Program-made: the position numbers and the translations under genes
DNA from: Puniceicoccales bacterium
GTDB taxonomy: Bacteria > Verrucomicrobiota > Verrucomicrobiia > Opitutales > JAIRKQ01
Length of the DNA: 64,000 bases
Direction: 5' to 3'
NCBI GenBank assembly: GCA_031268175.1
Contig: JAIRXR010000011.1
Location: forward strand, 149,229 to 213,228
Shown here: positions 38,906 to 48,152 of the stretch, one piece after another
Numbering within the stretch: position 1 is the first letter of the stretch
Layout: every line of letters begins with the position of its first letter
The notes under the pieces: generated by a model
Seen by the model: only the letters and a program-made list of their open reading frames with translations
Told to the model about the DNA's origin: nothing
The model's database searches: none

Positions 38906-39448
38906 TCAAAGGCATGGGCTGCTCTCCAGCGCCTTCCTGATTTTTTCACAGCGAAATTCGTATTCTTCGCCGCTAATTTTTTCGCAGGAATACTGCCAAA
39001 CAGTTTCCGGCCAGCAGCCATCATCTTCGGTCCTGCAAATCACGTGAACGTGTAACTGCGGTGTCCTATTCCCTATGGCAGCAACGTTGAGCCGATCACA
39101 TGGGAAAAGCGCCTCCATCGCGTCGCTCACGGCGGTCATTTCACGCATCAACTGCAATTGGTCGACATCGGCAAGCTGATTAATTTGGACGACGTCCGGA
39201 CGCATTGGAATCAGGAACACCCAGGGCAACTTCGTGTTGTTCAAAAGCACGCAACTCAGCTTGAAATCGCAGATGCGTAACCTATTTTCAAACGTTTTAA
39301 GAAGGGCAAATTCCGCCATAGTCGGCGCAGTTATGGCGGGCAGAATTTGGTAGTCAAGCAGCATATTTCGCCACCATTCGCAAAATTTCAAAACCTTTGA
39401 AGATTCGCTGGCAATGGAAGCCAGCTGCTGCGACTTTTCCGGCAACAA
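38906..39448 (-). CDS. HIT family hydrolase
   Basis: HVHVICR histidine triad (HxHxHxx) near the C-terminal part. The N-terminal extent is uncertain; the start may be internal. Confidence 0.6.
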   Translation of the reverse strand: MLPEKSQQLASIASESSKVLKFCEWWRNMLLDYQILPAITAPTMAEFALLKTFENRLRICDFKLSCVLLNNTKLPWVFLIPMRPDVVQINQLADVDQLQLMREMTAVSDAMEALFPCDRLNVAAIGNRTPQLHVHVICRTEDDGCWPETVWQYSCEKISGEEYEFRCEKIRKALESSPCL

Positions 39449-39482
39449 ACCCAGGCCAATTCATGCAATCTCCGACGCAAAA

Positions 39483-39558
39483 TGGAGCCGAGGATGAGAT
39501 TCGAACTCACGACCCACGCATTACGAATGCGTTGCTCTACCAGCTGAGCTACCTCGGC
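39483..39558 (-). tRNA. tRNA-Thr (anticodon CGT)
   Basis: Reverse complement GCCGAGGTAGCTCAGCTGGTAGAGCAACGCATTCGTAATGCGTGGGTCGTGAGTTCGAATCTCATCCTCGGCTCCA folds into a canonical cloverleaf with anticodon loop TTCGTAA and encoded CCA. Confidence 0.8.
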
Positions 39559-39592
39559 GCGCCAGATGGAAACGACCTATTCCGCAGTGAAG

Positions 39593-39668
39593 TGGAGCCG
39601 ACTATCAGATTCGAACTGATGACCGTCCGCTTACAAGGCGGGTGCTCTACCAGCTGAGCTAAGTCGGC
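39593..39668 (-). tRNA. tRNA-Thr (anticodon TGT)
   Basis: Reverse complement GCCGACTTAGCTCAGCTGGTAGAGCACCCGCCTTGTAAGCGGACGGTCATCAGTTCGAATCTGATAGTCGGCTCCA, with anticodon loop CTTGTAA and encoded CCA. Confidence 0.8.
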
Positions 39669-39690
39669 GAAAATATTTTTGCAAGCAAGT

Positions 39691-39936
39691 TCACCGACAG
39701 CGTGTAAACTTTTGCTTGAATCGCTCAACTCTCCCAGCCGTATCAACCAAGTGTTTTCCGCCGGTGTATGCCGGGTGCGAATCGGACGTCACGTCGCAGT
39801 GGACGATGTTACACTCCACACCATCCACGATATCTTTCTTTTTCGAATGAAGCGAAGACACCGTAACAAACTTCCTACCGGTAGAAATGTCAATGAAACA
39901 AACCGGCTCTCTCTCGGGATGTATGCCTTTTTTCAT
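39691..39936 (-). CDS. rpmE: 50S ribosomal protein L31, non-zinc type B-like
   Basis: MKKGIHPE N-terminus at 81 aa, lacking the paired CxxC zinc motifs. An AGGAGG RBS lies 8 nt upstream. Confidence 0.85.
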   Translation of the reverse strand: MKKGIHPEREPVCFIDISTGRKFVTVSSLHSKKKDIVDGVECNIVHCDVTSDSHPAYTGGKHLVDTAGRVERFKQKFTRCR

Positions 39937-39948
39937 CTTTCGAGCCTC

Positions 39949-40074
39949 CTAACCCTGCCTCGCCTTGTATCTCGGGTTTGTTTTACAAATTACGTAAACG
40001 CGTCCCTTGCGACGCACAACCTGGCAATCCGGGTGCCGCAACTTTATCGACCTCAGCGACGTTGTTTTTTTCAT
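39949..40074 (-). CDS. rpmJ: 50S ribosomal protein L36
   Basis: 41-codon ORF absent from the ORF track: [41 protein letters not shown]. It ends with the L36 signature ...RRxGRVxVIC..NP+xKxRQG. Its stop lies 12 nt before the rpmE start. Confidence 0.7.
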   Translation of the reverse strand: MKKTTSLRSIKLRHPDCQVVRRKGRVYVICKTNPRYKARQG

Positions 40075-40246
40075 GAAACCCTTACTACGTTCAGCAAAAC
40101 ACAACATTTTCCCGTGTCAAACAATATTTACACAAATCTGCCGTTGGCTAGCGTGGTATGCGCGGATGGATAGCGCGCCAGTCAACTCCTTTTTCGCAGA
40201 ATTATAATTGAAAAATTCTTCGCCGTAGAAATAATCCCTACGAACA

Positions 40247-41236
40247 ATGATCGATGATGCCGCAGCAATGAACGCCGCCATGCGCCAGTCGGCGGAATGG
40301 GTGCACGCCCTCAGGGACGAAATTGGCAGGGTGATCGTCGGGCAAAAATACATGGTCGATCGCATGATAATCGGGTTGCTCACCGGCGGACATATCTTGC
40401 TGGAAGGGGCTCCCGGACTCGGAAAAACACTGGCGGTCAAAGTGATGGCGCAGGCAATTTGCGCGACGTTCCAGCGCATCCAGTTCACACCTGACATGCT
40501 TCCAGCGGACATTATCGGAACGCAAATTTACAATCCCAAAACTGGAGATTTTTACAGAAAAAATGGTCCGATTTTCGCAAATGTGATCCTCGCCGACGAA
40601 ATCAACCGCGCTCCAGCCAAGGTGCAGAGCGCGCTACTGGAATGCATGCAGGAATTGCAGGTGACGATTGGCGGCGAAAGCAATAAACTGCCGCAGCCGT
40701 TCGTAGTATTCGCCACCGAAAATCCGGTTGAACACGAAGGGACATACCCATTGCCTGAGTCGCAGATTGACAGATTCTTGCTGAAGCTGAAAATCGAATA
40801 TCCAACTAGAATCGAAGAACTGAAAATTTTAGACGAGGCGGCGAAGGTGGATAGAAAAATCTCCGCCAGCGCCGTCGTTTCCATCGACCAAATTTTAGAC
40901 TCCCGCCTGTTGGTCGACGAAATTTTCATCGGCGAAAGCGTGCGGGAATACGCCGTCGACATAATTTCTGCGACCAGGAAGCCGAGTGACTACGGAATCG
41001 ACATGGACCACTTCGTCCGGTTCGGCGCCTCACCGCGCGCTACGATCGCGCTAGTCTTGGCGGCGAAATCCTGGGCATTTCTGCATGGGCGCAGCTACGT
41101 CACACCGCAGGACGTGAAAGCGATTGGCATGGACGTGCTGCGCCACCGCATAGCAATCACCTATCTGGCGGATGCCGAAGGTGTCACCGGCGAAGTCATT
41201 GCCGCCAGAATTTTGAACACCGTGCGCGTGCCGTAG
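40247..41236 (+). CDS. MoxR-family AAA+ ATPase
   Basis: Walker A GAPGLGKT, Walker B ILADEINRA and a MoxR-type C-terminal lid. Length is 329 aa. Confidence 0.85.
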   Translation: MIDDAAAMNAAMRQSAEWVHALRDEIGRVIVGQKYMVDRMIIGLLTGGHILLEGAPGLGKTLAVKVMAQAICATFQRIQFTPDMLPADIIGTQIYNPKTGDFYRKNGPIFANVILADEINRAPAKVQSALLECMQELQVTIGGESNKLPQPFVVFATENPVEHEGTYPLPESQIDRFLLKLKIEYPTRIEELKILDEAAKVDRKISASAVVSIDQILDSRLLVDEIFIGESVREYAVDIISATRKPSDYGIDMDHFVRFGASPRATIALVLAAKSWAFLHGRSYVTPQDVKAIGMDVLRHRIAITYLADAEGVTGEVIAARILNTVRVP

Positions 41237-41253
41237 TTCCGGCTATCGCCAAC

Positions 41254-41730
41254 CTACAGTTGCGTGACGCCTACTCCCCACTCGCCAAGCAATTCCACGG
41301 CCAGCGGATCGTTGTTGTAGTCGAAGTGATATTTTATGGCGGCGACGCCGGATGAGGCCAATAATTTCGCGCAGTGTATGCACGGAAAGTGCGACACGTA
41401 GGCGATTGTGCCGTAGACGCTGATGCCGCGGCGGGCTGCGTCCGTGATGGCGTTTTGCTCCGCGTGGACAGTTGCCTGCTCGTGCCCATCCCGCACCTTT
41501 GAATTGTGAGGGGCACCAGCGATGAAGCCATTATACCCGGCGGCGACTATGCGATTTTTGTGCTTTCCCTGTGAGACCAAAACGCAGCCGACGTGCAGGC
41601 GTCCGCAGTTTGACCTGGCAGCAATTAGCAATGCGGTAGCCATAAAATAATCGTCCCAGCCTGGGCGAATCGATTGGCAGGATTCCAAAATTGCAGCAAC
41701 TTGTCTTGTCAAGAACTGATCATCGGGCAT
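41254..41730 (-). CDS. dCMP/CMP deaminase family zinc-binding protein
   Basis: The zinc-coordinating motifs HAEQNAI and PCIHCAKLL of the cytidine/deoxycytidylate deaminase fold. Confidence 0.8.
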   Translation of the reverse strand: MPDDQFLTRQVAAILESCQSIRPGWDDYFMATALLIAARSNCGRLHVGCVLVSQGKHKNRIVAAGYNGFIAGAPHNSKVRDGHEQATVHAEQNAITDAARRGISVYGTIAYVSHFPCIHCAKLLASSGVAAIKYHFDYNNDPLAVELLGEWGVGVTQL

Positions 41731-41893
41731 GGCGCAGCAACCTAGGAATGGGGAAACAGTTTACAACTTCATTCCACGGAACCTCTCCCGTCGGATCCAC
41801 TGGAAGACAGATTTAACACGTGTTTTCACTGGATCTCACACGGGCGACTTGCCTTTTAAAAAAAATTTACGTGGAAGGAAAATGGCAGCAGCG

Positions 41894-42799
41894 CTAGGCG
41901 TCAAAATCTTCGATTCTATCAAAATTTCTTACGGAAACGGAATCGTCTATTTTCCTAAGCATGCCACTTAGCGTGCGCCCAGGTCCGCATTCGAAAAACT
42001 TTCCAACGCCGCTTTCCATCGCCGTGCGGCAACACTTTTCAAACAAAACCGGCGACACTATTTGCCTGCAGAGCATTGCCCTAATTTCGTCGGGCAATGA
42101 AACGGCCATTCCCGTAACATTTGTCAAAACTTCGATGCGGGGAACCTGGAAATCAACATTTCGCAGAAATTTTTCAAAACCCACACTGGCGCTTTCCATC
42201 AATTTGCTGTGGTAGGCTCCGGAGACATTTAGGCGCAGCGCACGCCTAAACGGCATCTTTTCCGCAATGGACATGGCTTTTTCAATGTTTTTCGTCTCAC
42301 CGGAAACAACGATTTGCCCTGGACAGTTCACGTTAGCCGGTTCAACGGAGGCGCTGCAGCACACTTCGCCAACGGCATCCGGAGTTCCGCCTATCAAGCA
42401 CAGCATGGCTCCATCCGTTTTCAGGCACGCCTTTTCCATGAGTCTGCCACGTTCGGCGACGACTTTAAGCCCGGTCTCGAAGTCGAAAACGCCAGCCGCC
42501 CACAGGGCCGTCAACTCCCCCAGGCTTAGGCCGTAGGCGACGGCATATTTTTCCTCTGGGAACTTTTCCAGCAGAGCGGAGACAGCCGCACAACCGTGCA
42601 CGAACAGTGCTGGCTGGCAGATGCTTGTTTCCGCCAGAACACCATCTGGACCGGAAAAGCAGGTTTGCAAAAACCCATCGCCCAGTATCCTTCCAGCCGC
42701 CAAGAAAATCTCCCTCGCTGCCCGGCTCCCTTCGCAGAGGGACCGCCCCATCCCCACATACTGGGCACCCTGTCCCGGAAACACTACGGCCGTCTTCAT
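41894..42799 (-). CDS. fabD: ACP S-malonyltransferase
   Basis: VFPGQGAQYVGMG N-terminus and a GLSLGE active-site Ser motif (GHSLG variant). Length is 301 aa. Confidence 0.9.
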   Translation of the reverse strand: MKTAVVFPGQGAQYVGMGRSLCEGSRAAREIFLAAGRILGDGFLQTCFSGPDGVLAETSICQPALFVHGCAAVSALLEKFPEEKYAVAYGLSLGELTALWAAGVFDFETGLKVVAERGRLMEKACLKTDGAMLCLIGGTPDAVGEVCCSASVEPANVNCPGQIVVSGETKNIEKAMSIAEKMPFRRALRLNVSGAYHSKLMESASVGFEKFLRNVDFQVPRIEVLTNVTGMAVSLPDEIRAMLCRQIVSPVLFEKCCRTAMESGVGKFFECGPGRTLSGMLRKIDDSVSVRNFDRIEDFDA

Positions 42800-42862
42800 G
42801 GCTTGCGGGATGAAAAAATGCGCCGACTTGCATACCGCGGCACTGTGCTTTTAGCGAGCGAC

Positions 42863-43033
42863 CTATCCCTTTATTTCCCGGTGCAGCGTGTGGCGCCTGA
42901 GAAATTTATTAAACTTCATCTTCTCAACGCGCTCCGTCTGAACCTTCTTATTGCGCGTTGACATGTAACGGGAAACCGGCTTTCCCTCTTTTTTGGCCTC
43001 CGTGCACTCTAAAATTATGTACTCTCTTGGCAT
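42863..43033 (-). CDS. rpmG: 50S ribosomal protein L33
   Basis: [18 protein letters not shown]...[10 protein letters not shown] matches L33. The track ORF extends to 43051. Confidence 0.8.
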   Translation of the reverse strand: MPREYIILECTEAKKEGKPVSRYMSTRNKKVQTERVEKMKFNKFLRRHTLHREIKG

Positions 43034-43285
43034 GGCATCAGTTATTAACAACTAGGTAAATTTTACCAATTAAAAACTCAACAAAAATTTTGAAATAAAT
43101 TAGAAATATACCTGCCTGTCGTCGAAATTTGCGCATCCGCCGGGTTTTTAGATCCGGCCTAATTTTTTGAACGGCGGCAATGGCGAAATATTTGCACAAA
43201 TCACAAATTTGAAATTAAATTTTACAAAAAAAAGATTGCAATATTTTCATAAATTGGCAAGCTTGTCAACTGAACGGAGATTGGC

Positions 43286-44509
43286 ATGAACATTAAAGCT
43301 ATTCATATGGCATCCCTTTCGGGAAAAAATCCATCTCGAAAAATTGATGGCAGAGCGATTATAAGTAGCGCTGGCACACCGGGCCAGGTAAAAGCACCAA
43401 AGGCGGCTGAGGCCAGGAGCATCGTTCCTGCGAAGCCGCAGCAAATTTTCACCGCGCCTGAACAGTTGCTGCAAGAAACGAAACCATTGGCGTGCAGATT
43501 AGCGACTGCGCCGATCACACCTAAATCGACCGCTGCAAAGTCGGACAAATCAAATATTTTACCGCTCAATCCAATTGCAAAGCTCCCGGGAAAGGCACCA
43601 CTTTCGAACCCACCGCAAACGCCAGCCACGCCGAACGACAAACGAAAACCATCGGACGCCGAAATCACCAATAGACTACTTTCGATTAAAAATCCGAAAT
43701 TGTCAATTAGCGCACCGGAACATGGCAAGGATTTTTACTTCGAACAGCAGAGAAATGGCAGCATTTGCGGTCTGTGCGCCGCACGCAACTACGTCGGCGC
43801 ACCGTGTGTCTCGCTGAAAACTTTAAACAATATAAAGAGAAATCACTTCGCCGGGAAAGCCGTACTGGCCACGGCGTGCGACCACATCAACAACGCGCTT
43901 GCGATACTCATGCCGCAGATGAAAAAAATAGTGACCGAAGGCAAACTTTCAAAAGCTCCAAAAAATTCAATGGAATTGCTGGCGGAATTGTCCCGCCTGG
44001 CAACCGCAACTGTCCAGGATGGGGAAAAAGTTATCGACGCCATCAACGCCGTTCTTCCGGCGCTCAACGCGGCTGGACTCGGGCAATCAAAGGCCTACGC
44101 GTCCATGCAAAAGCAAATTTACAGGATACGCAGCGACTGCCTCGACGTATCAGTTGGCGGAAGCGACCCTGCCTTCGTATTGGAAGCACTGCGACAAGTT
44201 GATCCAAATGTCGTCTCCGAACCCTACTACAAGCTGCCCAACGGCGGCAATATTTTCGAGACCCTCGATGCCAAGCACGCGAACCGCGGCATTGTTAGCA
44301 TCCGCGGCCATTTCGTCACCGTGCGAAAGGATGGACGCGGCCAATGGTATATCCTAGATTCTCTGCGGTCAAGCCCAACGCCGATAGCGAAAGGCTCCAA
44401 CGCCTTGCGGGGGTACTCCGGTGTAATTTACTCAACCGAAGACTCAATCGATCCAGTTCTCGTAGACAAACTGATAGCTGCCATGAACGAAGCATCCTCA
44501 GCATTCTAG
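43286..44509 (+). CDS. hypothetical protein with a disordered P/S/K/A-rich N-terminal third and a C-terminal Cys...His...Asp domain resembling a papain-like protease
   Basis: 407 aa with no signal peptide. Residues 1 to about 140 are low-complexity. The region QQRNGSICGLCAARNY resembles a papain/OTU-like Cys box, and IRGHFVTVRKDGRGQWYILDSL supplies His/Asp candidates. A GGAG RBS lies 7 nt before the ATG, which is preceded by a 250-bp AT-rich region. Confidence 0.45.
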   Translation: MNIKAIHMASLSGKNPSRKIDGRAIISSAGTPGQVKAPKAAEARSIVPAKPQQIFTAPEQLLQETKPLACRLATAPITPKSTAAKSDKSNILPLNPIAKLPGKAPLSNPPQTPATPNDKRKPSDAEITNRLLSIKNPKLSISAPEHGKDFYFEQQRNGSICGLCAARNYVGAPCVSLKTLNNIKRNHFAGKAVLATACDHINNALAILMPQMKKIVTEGKLSKAPKNSMELLAELSRLATATVQDGEKVIDAINAVLPALNAAGLGQSKAYASMQKQIYRIRSDCLDVSVGGSDPAFVLEALRQVDPNVVSEPYYKLPNGGNIFETLDAKHANRGIVSIRGHFVTVRKDGRGQWYILDSLRSSPTPIAKGSNALRGYSGVIYSTEDSIDPVLVDKLIAAMNEASSAF

Positions 44510-44560
44510 AGACACAGCAATTTTTATTGATTGCGCGCCGGCATTTGCTAGTGCTACGCT

Positions 44561-46030
44561 ATGGAATATGAAGCTGTCATAGGTCTCGAGGTTCACGTCC
44601 AGATAAAAACGCGATCCAAGCTGCTTTCCAGCTGCCCCTACGAATTCGGGGCGGAACCAAACACGCTGACCGACGCCGTTACCATGGGATTACCTGGGAC
44701 GCTACCAGTAATTAACGGAGAAGCCGTGGAAAAGACCGTAAAGGCCGGCTTAATTTTTGGCTGCGACATCGCAGCTGTCGCAAAGTGGGATAGAAAAAAT
44801 TACTTTTACCCGGATTGTCCAAAAAATTATCAAATTTCGCAAAACAGTAATCCGATCTGCCGCGGTGGATGCGTGGAAATCGAGCTGCCTGGACCGTCAC
44901 GCAGCGCCATGGGCTGGCACAAAAAAATCGCACTTGATCGCATCCACCTAGAGGAGGACGTTGGCAAGCTGACGCACTTCGCAGATGATTCCGGCGTGGA
45001 TTTCAATCGCGCCGGAGTGCCTCTGATGGAAATCGTGTCAAAGCCTGACATGCGCTCCGCCGACGAAGCCTTCGCCTACCTGAATTCCCTGCGCATGCAC
45101 ATGATTTGCGCCGGCATTTCCAGCTGCGACATGGAAAAGGGGGAGATGCGATGCGATGCAAACGTCAGCATCCGCCCGGTCGGTGAGAAGGAACTCGGAA
45201 CGAAAGTGGAAATTAAAAATCTAAACTCCATTTCTGGAGTAAAAAATAGCCTGGAATTTGAAATCCGAAGGCAAATCGAGGCTGTGGAAGCCGGGGGAGA
45301 AATTTCCCAGGAGACGCGCCGCTGGGACGCGAATTTATGCACGACGACTGCCCTGCGATCGAAGGAAACAGCCTTCGACTACAGGTATTTTGCGGATCCG
45401 GACCTGATGCCGGTAAAAATTTCCTCCGAGGTTAGGGAAAGAATTGGGAATGAAATACCTGAATTGCCGTTCCGGAAGCAGGAACGCTTCGCAGCGCAGT
45501 ACGATTTGCCCTATACCATAACATCCGTTATTTGCCCGAGGGCGGACTTGAGCAATTTCTTCGAAGCGTCGGTCGCCATTCACAACAATCCGCGCGCCAT
45601 TGCGAACATGGTTGCCAATGACATGCTCAGGGAAATATCAAGTGCAAACTCCCGGCACACGCAGGGCGAGGATCAATCGCAAAAAAATTTTAAAATTTCT
45701 CCAAAAAATCTGGCGGAGCTGGTGAAGCTGGCGGATGATGGCGTAATTTCCAAGCAAATTGCACAGGTCGCATTCGTCGAAATGTTCCAAACGGGGAAAA
45801 CTGCCCTGGAAATAGTTGAAGAGAAGGGGCTCAGGCAAAATGCTGATTCGGACGTCCTCCTGGAAATTTGCAAGGGGGCCATCGCCGAAAACGCAAGGGC
45901 CGCCGACGAATTTCGCAGAGGCAAGGACGCAGCGATTAACGCGATCAAAGGGATCGTAATGCGAGCAACAAAGGGTAAAGCCAGCACGGCCATCGTAGAC
46001 AAAACGCTACGCGAATTACTAAATTCCTAG
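44561..46030 (+). CDS. gatB: Asp-tRNA(Asn)/Glu-tRNA(Gln) amidotransferase subunit B
   Basis: YEAVIGLEVHVQ N-terminus, a GatB/GatE catalytic domain and a C-terminal GatB/YqeY domain. Length is 489 aa. Confidence 0.9.
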   Translation: MEYEAVIGLEVHVQIKTRSKLLSSCPYEFGAEPNTLTDAVTMGLPGTLPVINGEAVEKTVKAGLIFGCDIAAVAKWDRKNYFYPDCPKNYQISQNSNPICRGGCVEIELPGPSRSAMGWHKKIALDRIHLEEDVGKLTHFADDSGVDFNRAGVPLMEIVSKPDMRSADEAFAYLNSLRMHMICAGISSCDMEKGEMRCDANVSIRPVGEKELGTKVEIKNLNSISGVKNSLEFEIRRQIEAVEAGGEISQETRRWDANLCTTTALRSKETAFDYRYFADPDLMPVKISSEVRERIGNEIPELPFRKQERFAAQYDLPYTITSVICPRADLSNFFEASVAIHNNPRAIANMVANDMLREISSANSRHTQGEDQSQKNFKISPKNLAELVKLADDGVISKQIAQVAFVEMFQTGKTALEIVEEKGLRQNADSDVLLEICKGAIAENARAADEFRRGKDAAINAIKGIVMRATKGKASTAIVDKTLRELLNS

Positions 46031-46102
46031 CGGCGGCGAGCCGCGAATCGGAGTTCATATTATTTGACAAAACCTATCCCCTTTTTTCACTTCCCACGGT
46101 AG

Positions 46103-47272
46103 GTGAAAAAGTTGAATGTTGACCACAAGTCACACGCGGGAAAGCGAGTGGATTTAGTCATCGTAGCGGGCGAACACTCCGGAGATCAGCATGCCGCAGT
46201 CATGCTGAAGGAACTAAAAAAAATTAGGCCGGACATTGGCGTTGTTGCATTTGGTGGGCGTGCCCTCAGGGAGGCGGGAGCCGATCTCATCGTAGACATG
46301 ACGAAATTTGCCGTGGTTGGCGTGTGCGAAGTTATTGCTAATGCGTTCTTTTTTTCAAATCTTCTAGAGCAGGTATTTCTGTGGATAGAATCGCACAGCC
46401 CGCGCGCCGTATGTCTCGTAGATTTCCCCGGATTCAACCTGAAGCTAGCCAAAATGCTGTGGGCAAAAAAACTTTCGCAGAAGGGCGGTGGCACGATAAA
46501 AGTCTTCTACTACATCTCGCCTCAAATTTGGGCATGGAAAGCGAATAGACGCCACCAAATGGCGAAATTCGTCGACGCGATGGCGACGATTTTGCCGTTC
46601 GAAAAGAAATGCTTCGCCGACACGCCACTGACTGTCCATTTCGTCGGACATCCGTTCGCTTCGCCGAACCACAACTTGAATATTTTCTACAATGCGGATG
46701 GCCCCATACTGCTGCTTCCCGGCAGCAGGAAATCCGCCGTTGCAAAAATTTTCCCCATGCTGTTGAAGAGCTTTCGCGAAATTTTGAAAGAGGACTTGGA
46801 GCGCATGGCGATCGTCGTTTACCCGGACGAACAAATTTTGGCAATTCTTAGGAAAATTCTAAACAAAAAATTTCCAAAATTGCTGGATAAAGTAACATTC
46901 ATAGCGGACGGTGAAAGCGTCGAAGCGAGTGCCGCCATAATGAGCTCCGGAACGATGTCCCTTCGCTGCTGCCTGGCTGGAATTCCGGGAGCGATCGTAT
47001 ACAAAACGCATCCGCTAACGTTCATAGCCGGGAAAATTCTCGTAAAGATAAAATTCCTGGGCATGGCGAACATTTTGCTAAATAGGTGCGTTTGGCATGA
47101 ATTTTTGCAGGCGCAATTGCGCCCGAAATCCGTGGCGAAATACATTTTACAGTGCATTGGCAGCGAAAAAATCAAGCGCTCCTTCGAGGCCGCTTCGGCG
47201 GAGCTGAGAAAAATACTATCCGCCGGAATTGACGTCTCGGCGGCCCAGTGGCTACTGTTGTCACTGCAATAA
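46103..47272 (+). CDS. lpxB: lipid-A-disaccharide synthase
   Basis: VAGEHSGDQHA and YISPQIWAWK motifs of the LpxB GT-B family. Length is 389 aa. Confidence 0.85.
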   Translation: MKKLNVDHKSHAGKRVDLVIVAGEHSGDQHAAVMLKELKKIRPDIGVVAFGGRALREAGADLIVDMTKFAVVGVCEVIANAFFFSNLLEQVFLWIESHSPRAVCLVDFPGFNLKLAKMLWAKKLSQKGGGTIKVFYYISPQIWAWKANRRHQMAKFVDAMATILPFEKKCFADTPLTVHFVGHPFASPNHNLNIFYNADGPILLLPGSRKSAVAKIFPMLLKSFREILKEDLERMAIVVYPDEQILAILRKILNKKFPKLLDKVTFIADGESVEASAAIMSSGTMSLRCCLAGIPGAIVYKTHPLTFIAGKILVKIKFLGMANILLNRCVWHEFLQAQLRPKSVAKYILQCIGSEKIKRSFEAASAELRKILSAGIDVSAAQWLLLSLQ

Positions 47273-48105
47273 TTTGCGCCATGCATGAAAAAAACATACT
47301 GCCGCAGCTGTACCGGAGAACGTTTCGCCCGAATGGCGTCGTGCTCGGAGACGCAAGGGAGTACGTTCCAGGAGACGACACGAGATTCATAAATTGGTAC
47401 GCCACGGCCAAAGCAGGCGTTCCTTTCGTCGACGGCATTCGCAGCGACAGTGGCGCAGACATAGTATTCGCCGTGGACGTCAGCGCATCGATGAAATTTG
47501 GTACGCGAAAGCGATCGAAAATGGCACTGGCCATCGACATCGTCGAAGCGCTATCCCAGCTCGCAAAGGCAAACAGCGACAGAGTTGGCCTAGTTTTGTT
47601 TTCGGACAGCGTGGAAAAGTATTTGCCACCCAGGCGCAGCGGACAGGCATTTAGAAATGCCGTAGAGGAAATCGCCAATTCCGATCGGCGGCTGCGAACG
47701 AATCTACCGGTCACACTGAAATTTTTGGACAAGATAGTAAAAAAGCGATCGGCGATAATTTTGATTTGCGACACCTTCTGCCTGGCCTCCCATAGAAAAT
47801 TGGGGCTCGGGTATTTGCATCTTCTGCAAACGAAGCACGCAGTTACACTGCTGGCCATCGGCGATGGCAATGACATGCCGTGCCCGCAAATCGGAAAAAT
47901 CACCATCGAAGACGCCGAGAGCGGAGACGCGTTCGAAATCGACACGGACGATGTCGATCTAATCGCAAAGGTGCGGGAAAAATACGCCACCTACGAGAAA
48001 ATGATTTTGGAAGACGCAAGGGCCATCGGCGTGGGAGTTTTTCAAGCCAACACCGGGGATTCAATTGCAAAATTTCTTCTTGCATTTTTTAAACGCCGCG
48101 CCTAA
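47248..48105 (+). CDS. DUF58 domain protein (usually a MoxR partner)
   Basis: The DAREYVPGDDTRFINW signature (DxRxYxxGDDxRxIDW) and a vWA-like fold. It overlaps the 3' end of lpxB by 25 nt in another frame. Confidence 0.7.
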   Translation: MATVVTAIICAMHEKNILPQLYRRTFRPNGVVLGDAREYVPGDDTRFINWYATAKAGVPFVDGIRSDSGADIVFAVDVSASMKFGTRKRSKMALAIDIVEALSQLAKANSDRVGLVLFSDSVEKYLPPRRSGQAFRNAVEEIANSDRRLRTNLPVTLKFLDKIVKKRSAIILICDTFCLASHRKLGLGYLHLLQTKHAVTLLAIGDGNDMPCPQIGKITIEDAESGDAFEIDTDDVDLIAKVREKYATYEKMILEDARAIGVGVFQANTGDSIAKFLLAFFKRRA

Positions 48106-48152
48106 AAATTTTCTATTGTCTTGCTTGGTCAAAATATGCACATTGTGTCACA

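Noticed and set aside
40117-40512. 131-aa minus-strand ORF overlapping the moxR start
   Set aside because: It is out of frame and antisense to moxR, and the Cys/Ser-rich translation has no features. It is spurious.
43303-43728. 141-aa minus-strand ORF
   Set aside because: It is antisense to the low-complexity N-terminal region of the 43286-44509 gene, and the Gly/Ala/Ser-rich translation is an artefact of that low complexity.
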